From an uncultured Cytophagales bacterium (lineage in GTDB: Bacteria; Bacteroidota; Bacteroidia; Cytophagales; Cyclobacteriaceae): a DNA stretch of 64,000 bases. Made by a program: the position numbers and the translations under genes. The DNA lies in assembly GCA_963833215.1 (NCBI GenBank), contig CAWHXE010000018.1:170970-234969 (forward strand), given 5' to 3'. How positions within the stretch are numbered: the first letter of the stretch is position 1; the number at the start of each line of letters is the position of its first letter. The notes under the pieces are model-generated. The model was not told the DNA's origin. It saw only the letters and a list, made by a program, of their open reading frames with translations, and ran no database searches. This document shows positions 10,474 through 20,907 of this stretch, one piece after another.

Positions 10474-11208
10474 TTATTCTACAGTGAACGTAAACAACTC
10501 ACTGGAGGTGAGTTCACCTTTGGTTCCGGTGATTCGTATGGTTATCACATCACCTAGCGTATAATCACTGACCGGGAAGGATATTTCGCCAGAAGCACCT
10601 TCACCAGGTGAAAGTATAGTAGAAAATTCGCCGTCGTTCACCTGTCGTTCTACTACGGTGTTCACTCCGGTTTTGTCTACAGTGATGAGATCGTAGGAAA
10701 ACGTAATTGCGCTACTATCTGCTACAATCTCAGCGTCAAAAGCGGTAGGTGAATAATCCAGCTTGTAGCTTACCCGAAACGGAATATTTTCGTATGTCTC
10801 AAAATACTCAAACTCAATGGGTAGTCCGTCTTCAGGCTTCGCATCAGCGGGCAATATATCAGCCCAATCGGCAACAACAGTAGCTGCTCCCTGGGTCAGG
10901 GAAAGCGGAGAGAAAAAGGTTTCTTCACTACCGTTCACATCCTTGAGCACCTGGATAGAAGCCAAAGCAGCAGGGACGGTATCTATGCCAATCGTGTTGT
11001 CCATAATCCCGGACTTATCCAGATCAGAGATTTTGGTGAACAGGGTCACTTGGTCCAGCGGAGTATATTTACCCAGCGTTTCCACTTCTACCAACACCGG
11101 CGAGGCGATGTGCGGAATGGCGTTGTCGGCCACGTCTTCACAGGCGGAAAGCGTGAAGGCAAACAGAGCAATGGCGAAAGTATGTTTCAAGTATTTTTTC
11201 ATGTTCAT
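10474..11208 (-). CDS. Outer-membrane lipoprotein in the SusE/SusF-like position of a PUL (function unknown)
   Basis: 244 aa with signal peptide and lipobox (FTLSAC). Directly downstream of SusD on the same strand. Confidence 0.5.
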   Translation of the reverse strand: MNMKKYLKHTFAIALFAFTLSACEDVADNAIPHIASPVLVEVETLGKYTPLDQVTLFTKISDLDKSGIMDNTIGIDTVPAALASIQVLKDVNGSEETFFSPLSLTQGAATVVADWADILPADAKPEDGLPIEFEYFETYENIPFRVSYKLDYSPTAFDAEIVADSSAITFSYDLITVDKTGVNTVVERQVNDGEFSTILSPGEGASGEISFPVSDYTLGDVITIRITGTKGELTSSELFTFTVE

Positions 11209-11279
11209 AGTTTTTTTAGTGAAGAAAGCGGCCAGTAGTAAGCGCTTGACCTACCACCGGCTCGCTCAGTACAGTTGGT

Positions 11280-12737
11280 TTATTGGGCCCACCACAGTTT
11301 GGTGCGCATGTTATCGTCTCCGCCCAGCAAGGTCAGGCTTTCCTGAATTTTTTCGCGGTTCAGCGAGTACTCGGTTTGCGGATAGGTCAAGCGCGTGGGC
11401 AAAACGCCTTCGTTAAGCAGCGCCGCGTTGGGGTCGGTGCGCATGATGTCGGGCAAACCGGTGCGGCGGTACTCCGTCCAAGCCTCAATGCCCTGTCCAT
11501 ACAACGCGATCCACTTCTGAAACATGATGTTCTCCAGCGTCGCGGCTTGCCCGGCCAGGTAACCGTCGGGAGTGTCCAGTCCGAACTGCCCGAAGGAAGC
11601 GTCGATGGCTGCGTCGAGGAAGGCTTTCGGGTCGCCCGCAATGTCGCCGCGCAGGGCCGCTTCGGCCAGCACAAACTGCAACTCCGCGTACGACATGATC
11701 ACCGAAGGAGTGGTGGGTTCCCACATCTGGTTACCAATGAACGAGGCCTGGGCCGTGTACTCCAGCGCCAGCGCATCGGGCAAACCGTTGGGCATACCGG
11801 CGTACTCACCGGCTGATGTCGGGTTAAAGAACACTTCTACCCGCGGGTCGCTAAGCGCGTTGAGGGCATCCACCAGCGTGGCACTGGCCCGCCAGTCGTC
11901 ACGGCCGCCGTTCACGATCACCTCGTTCCATTCGTTGTTACTGGGCCGCGTGGCCGAGTGCGCTAAAAAAGCGAAATCCTCATTACTAGTGAAGATCGGC
12001 CGCCCGGCCACTTCGGTCATCTTGGCGGCAATGTCGATGGAAAAGCTCGGTGCCGACGAAGCGCGGTTCAACAACTTTAGTTGCAGCGAATTGGCAAACT
12101 TGATCCAGCGGCTGATGTCACCGTCAAACATGATGTCGCCTCCAATTGGCTTGGCATCTTGTGCCAGCAGGGCCACCGCCTGGTCCAAATCGTTGATGAT
12201 TCCCTCGTATACCACGGGCATGGCATCGTAAGCGGGCTTCAAAATTTCTTCTTCGCCCTTGGTTTGCAACGCCTGCGAGTAGGGCACGGGTCCGAAAATA
12301 TCAGTTAGCAGCGAAAACACCCACGAGCGCATCACCAGCGCCACTCCTTCGTAGTGCGCGTTCTTCTGCTCTTCCGAAGTGGCCAGCAGACGAATCCGCT
12401 CCGCATTCAGCAGGGCTTCGGTATACAACTTTTCCCAGGTATTCTGGGCCAGGTCGCCCGAAGGACTGTAGGTGTCGCCTTCGTAGGTGTATACCCGCCG
12501 GGCGAAGTGCTGAATCCACAGCATACCGCCGTCCAGGTTCAGGCGCTCGTTACGGACGTTGGAGCCGCGCGTCAGATCAATGGGCTTTTCAATAACGTAG
12601 GGCAGCAACAGATCGGGCGTCACCGACACTTCGGTGGCCTGGTTGGGGCTGGTGTTCATCTCCTCAAAGTCTCCGGTGCAGGAGGCCACGAACAGCAGGG
12701 TAAGCATCAAGCTAGTGTATGATGTTAATTTTTTCAT
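11280..12737 (-). CDS. SusD/RagB-family nutrient-binding outer-membrane lipoprotein
   Basis: 485 aa. Lipoprotein signal (LLFVASCTG), TPR-like SusD architecture, immediately downstream of SusC. Confidence 0.85.
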   Translation of the reverse strand: MKKLTSYTSLMLTLLFVASCTGDFEEMNTSPNQATEVSVTPDLLLPYVIEKPIDLTRGSNVRNERLNLDGGMLWIQHFARRVYTYEGDTYSPSGDLAQNTWEKLYTEALLNAERIRLLATSEEQKNAHYEGVALVMRSWVFSLLTDIFGPVPYSQALQTKGEEEILKPAYDAMPVVYEGIINDLDQAVALLAQDAKPIGGDIMFDGDISRWIKFANSLQLKLLNRASSAPSFSIDIAAKMTEVAGRPIFTSNEDFAFLAHSATRPSNNEWNEVIVNGGRDDWRASATLVDALNALSDPRVEVFFNPTSAGEYAGMPNGLPDALALEYTAQASFIGNQMWEPTTPSVIMSYAELQFVLAEAALRGDIAGDPKAFLDAAIDASFGQFGLDTPDGYLAGQAATLENIMFQKWIALYGQGIEAWTEYRRTGLPDIMRTDPNAALLNEGVLPTRLTYPQTEYSLNREKIQESLTLLGGDDNMRTKLWWAQ

Positions 12738-12773
12738 TCTTATCAGGATTAGAGAAGAGATTATTGTTAAATG

Positions 12774-12836
12774 GTTCGATTGTTCAATTGCTGGGGTGGC
12801 AGCAACAGCAGCCTCTTAACAATTGAGCAATCGAAC
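12774..12836. promoter_or_regulatory. Long susC-susD intergenic stem-loop
   Basis: 17-nt arms GTTCGATTGTTCAATTG / CAATTGAGCAATCGAAC (16/17 complementary) around a ~29-nt loop, between the SusC stop and the SusD start. Confidence 0.4.
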
Positions 12837-12850
12837 AATCAAGCATTCGG

Positions 12851-15800
12851 TTAAAAGGTAATGTTCAGGTTGAAGCCAACGCTACGCGTTAGGGGCAGCT
12901 GTCCGTACACAAAGCCCTGCAGGTTGCCACCGTAGCGGTCGCCTTCCGGATCGATGTGCGGGGTGTTTCGGTGCAGAATGGCCAGGTTGCGGCCTACCAC
13001 CGATATTTTCACCGACTCGATAAAGTTGGTGCGCTCCAGCAGTCCGCTCGGCAGGGTGTAGCCCAAGGTCACTTCGCGTAGCTTCACGAAGCTGGCGTCG
13101 AAGATGGCCACCTCGTTGATGTTACGCGGGTGGTGGTTGCCCATGAACGACTGCGCATCCACCACCACGTCGTTGGTGACGTACTGCGGGGCTTCAGCGG
13201 TGCCGACGTTCTTCACGCCCACGCCAATCACTCCTTCTTCGCGTCCGATGGAGGTCTCGGCCAACTGCCCGGTGCGGCGGGCCACCGAGCTACCCCGGTC
13301 GAAGATATCGCCCCCGTGCCGGATGTCAATCAGTGCACTCAGTGAGATGCCCTTGTAGCGGAAGGTATTCGAGATACCGGCCGTCCAGTCGGCCTGGATG
13401 TTGCCCAGCGTCTTCACGGTGCTGCCGTCTTCGTTAGCTCCAGCCACCGGCTGTCCGTTGCGGTAGATCACGTTGCCGTTGGGGTCGCGGGCGAAGAAGG
13501 TGCCGCGCAGTTCGCCGAAGGGTCGGCCGACGCGCGCTTCGGAAGTAACGTGGTAGGTGTTGAGCACGTAGGTGTCCAGGCCATCGGCCAGTTCGATCAC
13601 CTGGCTGCGGTTGCGGGCCCAGTTGGCCATCACGTCCCAGGTGAAACCGCTAGGCAGTTGCAACGGAGTGGCGGTCAGCATGAGTTCTACACCGCGGTTC
13701 TTCACCTCACCCGCGTTCAGCAGCTTGTAGATGTAACCCGTCGCCCGTGATATTTCTACCGCCAGAATCTGGTCGGTGGTGGTCTGGTCGTAGTAGGTGA
13801 AGTCCAGTCCCACGCGGTTGTTGAACAGGCGAATGTCAGTGCCCAGCTCAATACCAGTGGTGGTTTCGGGCCGCAGTTCGGAGTTGGCAATCTCGGTGTC
13901 TTCCGACACTACGGGGGTGCTACCGGCCCACAGGCCGCGGCTGTTGAACAACTGCTGCAAGCGGTAGGGATCGGTGTCGTTGCCCACCTGCGCCCAACTG
14001 CCGCGCAGTTTCATGAAGGAAAGCACGCCGCTCTGGATGTCAAACATATCGGTCAGCACCGCGCTAAGCGAGGCTGAGGGATAGAAGAACGAGTTGTTCT
14101 CGGCAGGCAGGGTAGATGACCAGTCGTTGCGCCCGGTTACGTCTAAGAACAGGTAGTTCTTGAAACCAAACTGCGCCGAGCCGAACAAGCTGTTTACCTG
14201 ATACTCTTCGATGCGGCTTTCGGTGACCGGCGGTGAGGCGTAGTTGCTCAGGTTATACACCTTGTTGATGGCCAAATCCTGAATGCGGGTGAAGTTGCGC
14301 TTGAAGTTGTTTATCCGACTGTTACCGCCCGCGTTCACGGTGAGCGAGAAATCGGTGGTTAACTGCTTGTCATAGGTCAGCAAGAAGTCGGAGTTGGTTT
14401 CCTGGCGGCTTAAGATTTCTTCCTCGTACTGCCCGTTGGGATAATAGCGCGCGTTCTTCTCGGCCACGATGTTCTCGCGGCTGTCCATCCAGAAGTCAGT
14501 GCCCGAACGCACCATCAAATTCAGGTGATCAGTGAGCTGGTAGTTGAGCGCGATGTTCCCCAGCAGGCGGTTCTTATCGTTCGAGAACGTCCAGTTTTCC
14601 TGGGTGTAGTAGTGGTTCCAGAAGTACTCATACTGCCAGTTGGCGTAGGGGTAGCTTTGCCCGATAGGCTGAATCACCGTTTCGGGATTGTAGCGCTCAA
14701 AGTCACGAATCTGGTCCCAGTTGGTGTTGCGGTGCGTCCAGATAAACTCCGACCCGCTCTGGTAACGGCGGTTGTTGGAGTACGACTTGATGTACTCGCT
14801 GGAGACGTTAATTTTAAATTTATCAGTGAAATTATACCCCGCGTTCAGGCGGAAGTTGTTGCGGTGAAAATCGTTGTTGGTGATAATGCCGTTCTGGTCC
14901 ATCCGTCCGATAGACAGGCGAAAATTACCCTTGTCGTTCGATCCGGCCAGCGCGATGTTGTTGGTCATCATGGTACCGGTTTCGAAGAACTGCTGGAAGT
15001 TGTCGGGCTGGGGAAGCAGAGGCGCCGTATTGTTGAAAATCTGACCGTCGATGATCTCGCCGCCGGTCCACCACTGCGGGCGCAAGCGGCCGTCCATGGG
15101 CTCGCCCCAGCTTTCGTCCACTCCGTAGGTGCCACCGTTGCCGTTGCCGTCCACCCCGTTGCGGCCGTCCACGTAGAAGGTGCGGTAGCCGGTGCCGCCG
15201 CCGTAGGTGTTCTGAAGATTGGGCTCCACCAACGGTCGCTCGAACATGGCCGTGGCGTTATAAGTTACTCCGATGCCCTTTGAGCCGGAGCCGTCTTTGG
15301 TGGTGATCAGGATCACCCCGTTGGCCGCGCGGGCTCCGTAGAGGGCCGCCGCGTTGGGTCCCTTCAGCACGCTGATCTCCTTAATGTTGTCAGGGCTGAT
15401 TTCCGAGGGGCCGCCGCCGTACACGTTTTCGGTGTTGGAATCCGTGTTAATAGGCTGCTGGTAGTTTTCCATGGGCACCCCGTCGATGATGTATAAGCGG
15501 CTGGTTATTACCGGAAATGGACGACTGCCCCCGGATCACCACGTTGGAGCCGCTGCCCGGTCCGCCGTTGCTGGTTACCTGCACGCCCGCGATGCGGCCC
15601 GACAGGTTGTTGACCACGTTGGCCTGCTTGGCTTCGGCGAGCTTTTCGCCGCCTACTTCCTGCACGGTGTAGCCCAGCGCCTTTTTCTCGCGCTCCAGGC
15701 CGAAGGCGGTTACCACCACTTCGGAGAGTTCGGCCACGTCGTCGCTCATCTTCAGGTTGATGGTAGAGCGGTTGTTGATGGCCACTTCCTCGGTTTTGAG

Positions 15801-16067
15801 TCCGATAAAGGAGAACACCAGGGTTTCGGCTGTTTCACCGGCTGATAGTTGATAGTTGCCTTCAATGTCGGTGATGGTACCAATGGTGGTACCTTTCACC
15901 ACCACGTTGACCCCCGGCAGGGCACCACCGTCCTCAACTGAAGTGACTTGCCCACTAATGGACTGAGCCAAGAGGGGAGCACTGAGGCAGGAGAACAGAA
16001 AGAGAAGGAGAGGTACGCGGCAACGGTGCCCCGTAGGAACTTTGTTGCGGGTAAAGGTCATGCTCAT
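12851..16067 (-). CDS. SusC/RagA-family TonB-dependent receptor (CarboxypepD_reg N-terminal domain + plug + barrel); one frameshift near 15492-15496
   Basis: Fragments 15447..16067 (signal peptide, CarbopepD_reg, ...IRGQSSISGNNQPL) and 12851..15478 (...VPMENYQQP..., ending in the C-terminal F of the barrel). Shifting one base restores NQPLYIIDGVPMENYQ. Confidence 0.85.
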
Positions 16068-16484
16068 AGGTTCAGCAATTTTGTAAGTAAATATTAAGTA
16101 TACCTACAAACCTAACTGATTATGGATGAAATATCAAAACTATATTTTGCTTACACGGGTTATGAAAAAATTAAATTTTACCTAGGATTATAAATCAGTG
16201 AATACCAATTCTTCAAACGACTCGTCTTTACAAAATTGGCAAAGCAAAACGCTTATCGTTAAGAATATTTTAATTAAATTCAATAAAAAAATTTATTCAT
16301 TCGTCTAAACATTCTTTTAACTTATTTTATATGGCTTTATAATATCATGACAATTTATTATTTGGACCAGTTTCGAGATGGTCTTCTGCCAACATGAGCG
16401 TCTAAGGAGCTCGCCGGTTGGTCGATCCTCAATCAACTATTCGTAGGCGACTCACTTGGCTGAACCAAGGTGCGTGACTGTCTT

Positions 16485-17181
16485 TCAGAGTTGCCAATAG
16501 CGCATCAACCAGTACGTGAGCACCACCGCAATAAGCAGGGCGGGCAGCAGGTTGGTGATGCGCAGCGTTTTTATCTCCAGCAAGTTGAACCCCAATCCGA
16601 TAATGATCACCCCGCCGGTAGCCGATAGCTGCCGAACCACCGTTTCGGATAGGTACGGCTCCAGCAGTCCGGCCGATAGGGTGATCAACGACTGAAACAG
16701 CAGCAGCGGCACCGCCGAAAAGAGCACTCCCCACCCGTAGGTCGCGGCCAGCACCACCGAGGCAAACCCATCGAGCACCGATTTGGTGTAGATCAGCGAG
16801 GGGTCGTTGTTTAATCCTTCCTCTAAAGCTCCCACCAGGGTGAGCGATCCCACGCAAAACAGCAGGAAAGCGGTGACCAGCCCCTCGGTGAAGCGCTCGC
16901 TGCCGATGCGCACCTTTCGCTGCACCCAATCTCCCAGGCGCATCAACCGATCGTGCAAACGCAGGCTTTCGCCGACGATGCCACCAATCAGGATGCTGAA
17001 TATCAGGATTAGAGATATTTTCTACTTGCAAGGCCATCTGCATGCCGATCAGCAAAGTGCACAGGCCCAACCCCTGAAAGCAGATGGTGCGGATGTTATC
17101 CGGAAATTTGCGCTGCAACAACAACCCCAGTAGGCTGCCCACGACAACGGCTAGGGTATTTACCAGGGTTCCAAAGGGCAT
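16485..17181 (-). CDS. DUF554-family inner-membrane protein; frameshift near 17015-17020
   Basis: Fragments 16429..17181 (MPFGTLVNTLAVVVGSLLG...LLIGMQMAL) and 16485..16958 are colinear with DUF554 (YdfK-like) proteins. Confidence 0.65.
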
Positions 17182-17192
17182 AATCTAAATTT

Positions 17193-17243
17193 TGCTTTCT
17201 CTATAAAGCAATATTATGCTATTTTTGCTTTATAGAGAAAGCA
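17193..17243. repeat. Perfect 19-bp inverted repeat (TGCTTTCTCTATAAAGCAA ... TTGCTTTATAGAGAAAGCA) with a 13-nt spacer
   Basis: Read directly in the 65-bp divergent region between the DUF554 start (17181) and the ATPase start (17246). No T-run on either side. Confidence 0.6.
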
Positions 17244-17245
17244 TT

Positions 17246-18439
17246 ATGGAAGAACTTACTAAGAAATTCCTCAGAAAGATTGCTACTGTCCCAGCTAGCC
17301 CCGTTCGCAACTTTGTAGGACAAGTGGATTGGCGAGATCGGATGATTGGTATTAAAGGAGCGCGGGGCGTGGGTAAGACCACTTTGTTGCTACAGTATCT
17401 TCGTCAACAGTTGCCGCTCAACCAGCAAACGCTTTACGTTAGCCTAGACGACATCTATTTTGCTGATAACACCTTGGTAGCATTAGCCGATCAGTTCACC
17501 AAGAATGGGGGCACACTGTTGGTTTTGGACGAAGTCCACCGCTACCCCCGCTGGTCGTTGGAGTTGAAAAACATATACGATGACTACTCCAATCTCAAGG
17601 TGATTTTTACCGGTTCGTCAGCGCTGCATCTTCATCGCTCCAAAGCAGATCTAAGCCGCCGGGCGGTGATGTATCACATGCCGGGCTTATCGTTTCGAGA
17701 GTTTCTCCGGTTCGCTTACCAGCTCGATTTGCCTTTGTTCTCATTATCCGAGTTGATCGACGACCATATCGAGATCAGTATGGAGTTGGTTCGCCAATTT
17801 AAGCCGCTTCCGGCGTTTAACGAATATCTGACGCTGGGGTATTATCCTTACTTTTTAGAAAACAAAGATACCTATCATCTAAAGCTCTCCGAAATCATCA
17901 ATCTAATTCTGGAAATTGATCTACCCTACGTAGTTGACATCAACCTGAACAGCATTGAAAAGATCAGAAGGCTGTTATACGTTCTGGCCGAATCCTCTCC
18001 CTTTAAACCCAATATCCAGAAGCTAAGCGAGAAGGTGGGCGTCGCCCGAAATACCATCATTGCGTACTTGGAATACCTCCAAGAAACCGAATTGCTTTAT
18101 CTCTTGCGCAGTGCCACCAAGGGCATCAGCGCAATGCAAAAACCCGAAAAAGTATTTCTACAAAACCCTAACCTCTTCTACGCAATCGCACCGGGTAACG
18201 TTAACGTGGGTAGTTTACGAGAAACTTTCTTTTACAATCAGCTTCAGGCGAAACACACTGTGCAGTATCCCAAACGGGGCGATTTTTTGATCGATCATCG
18301 GTGGACGGCGGAAATTGGCGGAAAAAACAAGGGAAAGCAGCAGTTAGCCGATGTAAAAGACGGGTTTGTGGCGGCGGCCGACCTTGAAATTGGCTACCAA
18401 CGCAAGATTCCCTTATGGTTGTTTGGATTTTTATATTAG
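17246..18439 (+). CDS. AAA+ superfamily ATPase of the COG1373 type (AAA_14 + DUF4143)
   Basis: Walker A GARGVGKTT, Walker B LLVLDEVH, DUF4143-like C-terminus. Probable start MEELTKKF at 17246. Local GC looks lower than the flanks. Confidence 0.8.
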   Translation: MEELTKKFLRKIATVPASPVRNFVGQVDWRDRMIGIKGARGVGKTTLLLQYLRQQLPLNQQTLYVSLDDIYFADNTLVALADQFTKNGGTLLVLDEVHRYPRWSLELKNIYDDYSNLKVIFTGSSALHLHRSKADLSRRAVMYHMPGLSFREFLRFAYQLDLPLFSLSELIDDHIEISMELVRQFKPLPAFNEYLTLGYYPYFLENKDTYHLKLSEIINLILEIDLPYVVDINLNSIEKIRRLLYVLAESSPFKPNIQKLSEKVGVARNTIIAYLEYLQETELLYLLRSATKGISAMQKPEKVFLQNPNLFYAIAPGNVNVGSLRETFFYNQLQAKHTVQYPKRGDFLIDHRWTAEIGGKNKGKQQLADVKDGFVAAADLEIGYQRKIPLWLFGFLY

Positions 18440-18468
18440 TCAGAAGGTAGGGTAATTCCGGCACAAAC

Positions 18469-18792
18469 GTGAGCGGCTCCGGCAACATAAGCAGCGACGG
18501 TGACCTGGATCTGGGCCTACTCAGCATCGCGGTATCGGGTTCGGGCAACGTGAGTCTGGCCGGTAGCGTAGACGAGCAAACCGCTGTTGTCTCCGGATCA
18601 GGCGATGTGAGCAATTACAGCCTGACTAGTCGGCAGACCACGGCGACCGTGAGTGGGTCGGGGGCGGGGCGGATCACGGCCACGGAGGTGCTCAACGCCA
18701 CGGTGAGTGGCAGTGGCGACATCAAGTACCGCGGCAATCCCGCCACGGTGAACCAGAGCGTAAGCGGTTCGGGACGGGTGTCGGCGGGGTAG
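18469..18792 (+). pseudogene. C-terminal remnant of a head GIN-domain (DUF2807, putative auto-transporter adhesin) gene
   Basis: 107 aa made only of vSGSGdv repeats. GTG start with an in-frame TAG 21 nt upstream. No signal peptide or N-terminal half. Confidence 0.5.
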
Positions 18793-18805
18793 TGCCACCA
18801 AACTG

Positions 18806-20773
18806 TCAAATAGCTTTTTCTAGGTCAAACAGAAAGCGAACCTTGGTGCCCCCCTGCACGAGAGTCTCCATTTGCCCATTGAGTTGCCGGGTAAGCAGTT
18901 CTATTAATTGCTGTCCGAAGCCGGTACCCACCGCCGGGCCATCGGATTTTCCCACGCCGTTGTCACTCACCTCGAGCCGCAGATTAGTGGGCGACAGTTG
19001 CTCTAGACAGATGTTGATTGACCCCGGGCGGTTTTCGGGGAAGGCGTACTTGAGGGCATTGGTCATCAGTTCGTTCACGATCAACCCAATTGGCACCGCT
19101 TCGTCTACATCGATTTCCAGTGCTTCCATACTTACCTCAATGGTTACGCGGTCTTCGGCTCCGAAGCTATCTAAAATGCTCTCGCTGAGGTTTAGGAAGT
19201 AGTCCTTCATCTCGATAGCGGCCAGTTCACCCCCCTGGTAAAGTTTACGGTGGACAATGCCCATGCTCTGCACTCGGTTCTGGCTTTCTTTCATGGCAGC
19301 CAACACCTCGGGCGAATCCACCTGGGCGGCCTGCAAACTCAGCAGGCTAGCGACAATTTCCAGGTTGTTCTTCACGCGGTGGTGAATCTCCTTGAGTAGC
19401 AGTTCGTTCTGCGCGTTGCGCTCGCCAAGTAGGCTGTGTTTCACCGTTAGGTCTTGGTTTAACTGTTCAAGAAGCTGGTTCTTCCGGCGGTTTTTTCGTA
19501 CCCCCAGGAGCAGCCCGGCTACCACCAGCGCCAGCAAGGCTCCAATTATCCAGAATAGCTGCTGCACCCGGGCTTGTTGAGAAAGTTGTGACTGCTGTTG
19601 CACAATTTGGACTTCTTTCTGCTCGGTTTCGAACTCTGTCTTAAGGCGGTTCATAGACTGGGCAGCCTCTGCCGCTTTTACGCTATCTACGCGGGTTTGG
19701 TAAGCACGCTGGTAGGTGTAGGCTTGGTCGTAGCGTCCCGTTCCCGCGTAACAAGTGGCCAGTTTATCGTAGTGATCTTGTAACATGGCTTCGTTGACTT
19801 GGGTGTAGGTAGCCAGTGCCTCTGGGTAACTCTCCAGTTTTGTGTACAAATCACCCATGGGTAACAGCACCTGTTCGCGGGTGCCGGGCACGTAGCGGTC
19901 AACCAGTCGGAGGGCCTCGCCATACTCCGACAGTGAACGGGAATAGTCGCCAAAGTGAGCGTAGCCATTCGCGATGAGTAGAAGGTTCTCGATGTAACTT
20001 GGCCACCGGCTGTTGCTACCCATCACGTTAATGGCCTGCAGCGCCCCATCCAACGCCCGAAACATCCGCGCCGAATCGCCCATCACCTTGTAACAATCGG
20101 CCATCTTCTGGCGCGTAGCGCTTAGCTCAAAGTAGCCCGTTTGGCTCGAGTCAGCCTTAAGAAGTGTCTCTGCCCGTAGGGCGTAGTTTAATGCTTCTTC
20201 GTAGTCTTCGGAGGCTAACAATACCCCCGCTATGTCGTTGTAGGTAGCTCCAATGCCGAACGAATCGCGCCGCGCCCGGTAGTAGGTTAGGGCATCTAAA
20301 CAGTGGCGCAGGGCCAGATCATACTTTTGTAGTTCGGTGCTGGTGTAGCGCAAGTATCCGTGCATGAAGGCGGCCATCTCATCGTCACCTACCTGCTCAA
20401 AGTAGTCCAGGGCTACCCGCCAATGCCAATCCGCCGAGTCGATGACGTAGTCGTGCTTGTTGTTTAGGATAAGTCCGATGCGGGAATGAAACCAACCCGC
20501 TTGCCGGGGAGCTCCTGCCGCCCGGGCCAGGGCTACCCCCCGCTGGTGCAGTTGCAGGGGGAGCGGGGACACGTAAAAGTCGAGCACGTTGGCTATTGCA
20601 AAAAGTGAGTTGAGTTTAACCGTATCGGGCAATTCGGTGGCCAGTAGCCGATCCACCTGCTGTAGTATGCGGCGCTCACCGGGAGTTGTCGCTTGTCCGT
20701 AGCTGTTGCTACTGCTCACTGCGAACCACAGAAAGCAAGTAAGGCAAGCACGATAGCGAAATTTGGGGGGCAT
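18806..20773 (-). CDS. TPR-repeat sensor histidine kinase
   Basis: 655 aa. Signal peptide, TPR region, one TM helix, coiled coil, HisKA_2-type H-box (HHRVKNNLEIVASLLSLQ) and HATPase_c. Confidence 0.8.
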   Translation of the reverse strand: MPPKFRYRACLTCFLWFAVSSSNSYGQATTPGERRILQQVDRLLATELPDTVKLNSLFAIANVLDFYVSPLPLQLHQRGVALARAAGAPRQAGWFHSRIGLILNNKHDYVIDSADWHWRVALDYFEQVGDDEMAAFMHGYLRYTSTELQKYDLALRHCLDALTYYRARRDSFGIGATYNDIAGVLLASEDYEEALNYALRAETLLKADSSQTGYFELSATRQKMADCYKVMGDSARMFRALDGALQAINVMGSNSRWPSYIENLLLIANGYAHFGDYSRSLSEYGEALRLVDRYVPGTREQVLLPMGDLYTKLESYPEALATYTQVNEAMLQDHYDKLATCYAGTGRYDQAYTYQRAYQTRVDSVKAAEAAQSMNRLKTEFETEQKEVQIVQQQSQLSQQARVQQLFWIIGALLALVVAGLLLGVRKNRRKNQLLEQLNQDLTVKHSLLGERNAQNELLLKEIHHRVKNNLEIVASLLSLQAAQVDSPEVLAAMKESQNRVQSMGIVHRKLYQGGELAAIEMKDYFLNLSESILDSFGAEDRVTIEVSMEALEIDVDEAVPIGLIVNELMTNALKYAFPENRPGSINICLEQLSPTNLRLEVSDNGVGKSDGPAVGTGFGQQLIELLTRQLNGQMETLVQGGTKVRFLFDLEKAI

Positions 20774-20907
20774 TAGGTTGGTGACAGCCGAGCGAACCAG
20801 CGCCTATTTAGTAATATTTTAGCTAGTTACTAAAAATTGAATAATAATACTAAGATAATTAATATTACCCACAACCGTTTCCTTTCGGGCTGCGGTGAAT
20901 CGCGGGG

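Noticed and set aside
14525-15283. 252-aa plus-strand ORF inside SusC, with similar ones at 3342..3860, 35855..36529 and 37476..38258
   Set aside because: They are antisense to or out of frame with confident genes, and their composition is repeat-like.
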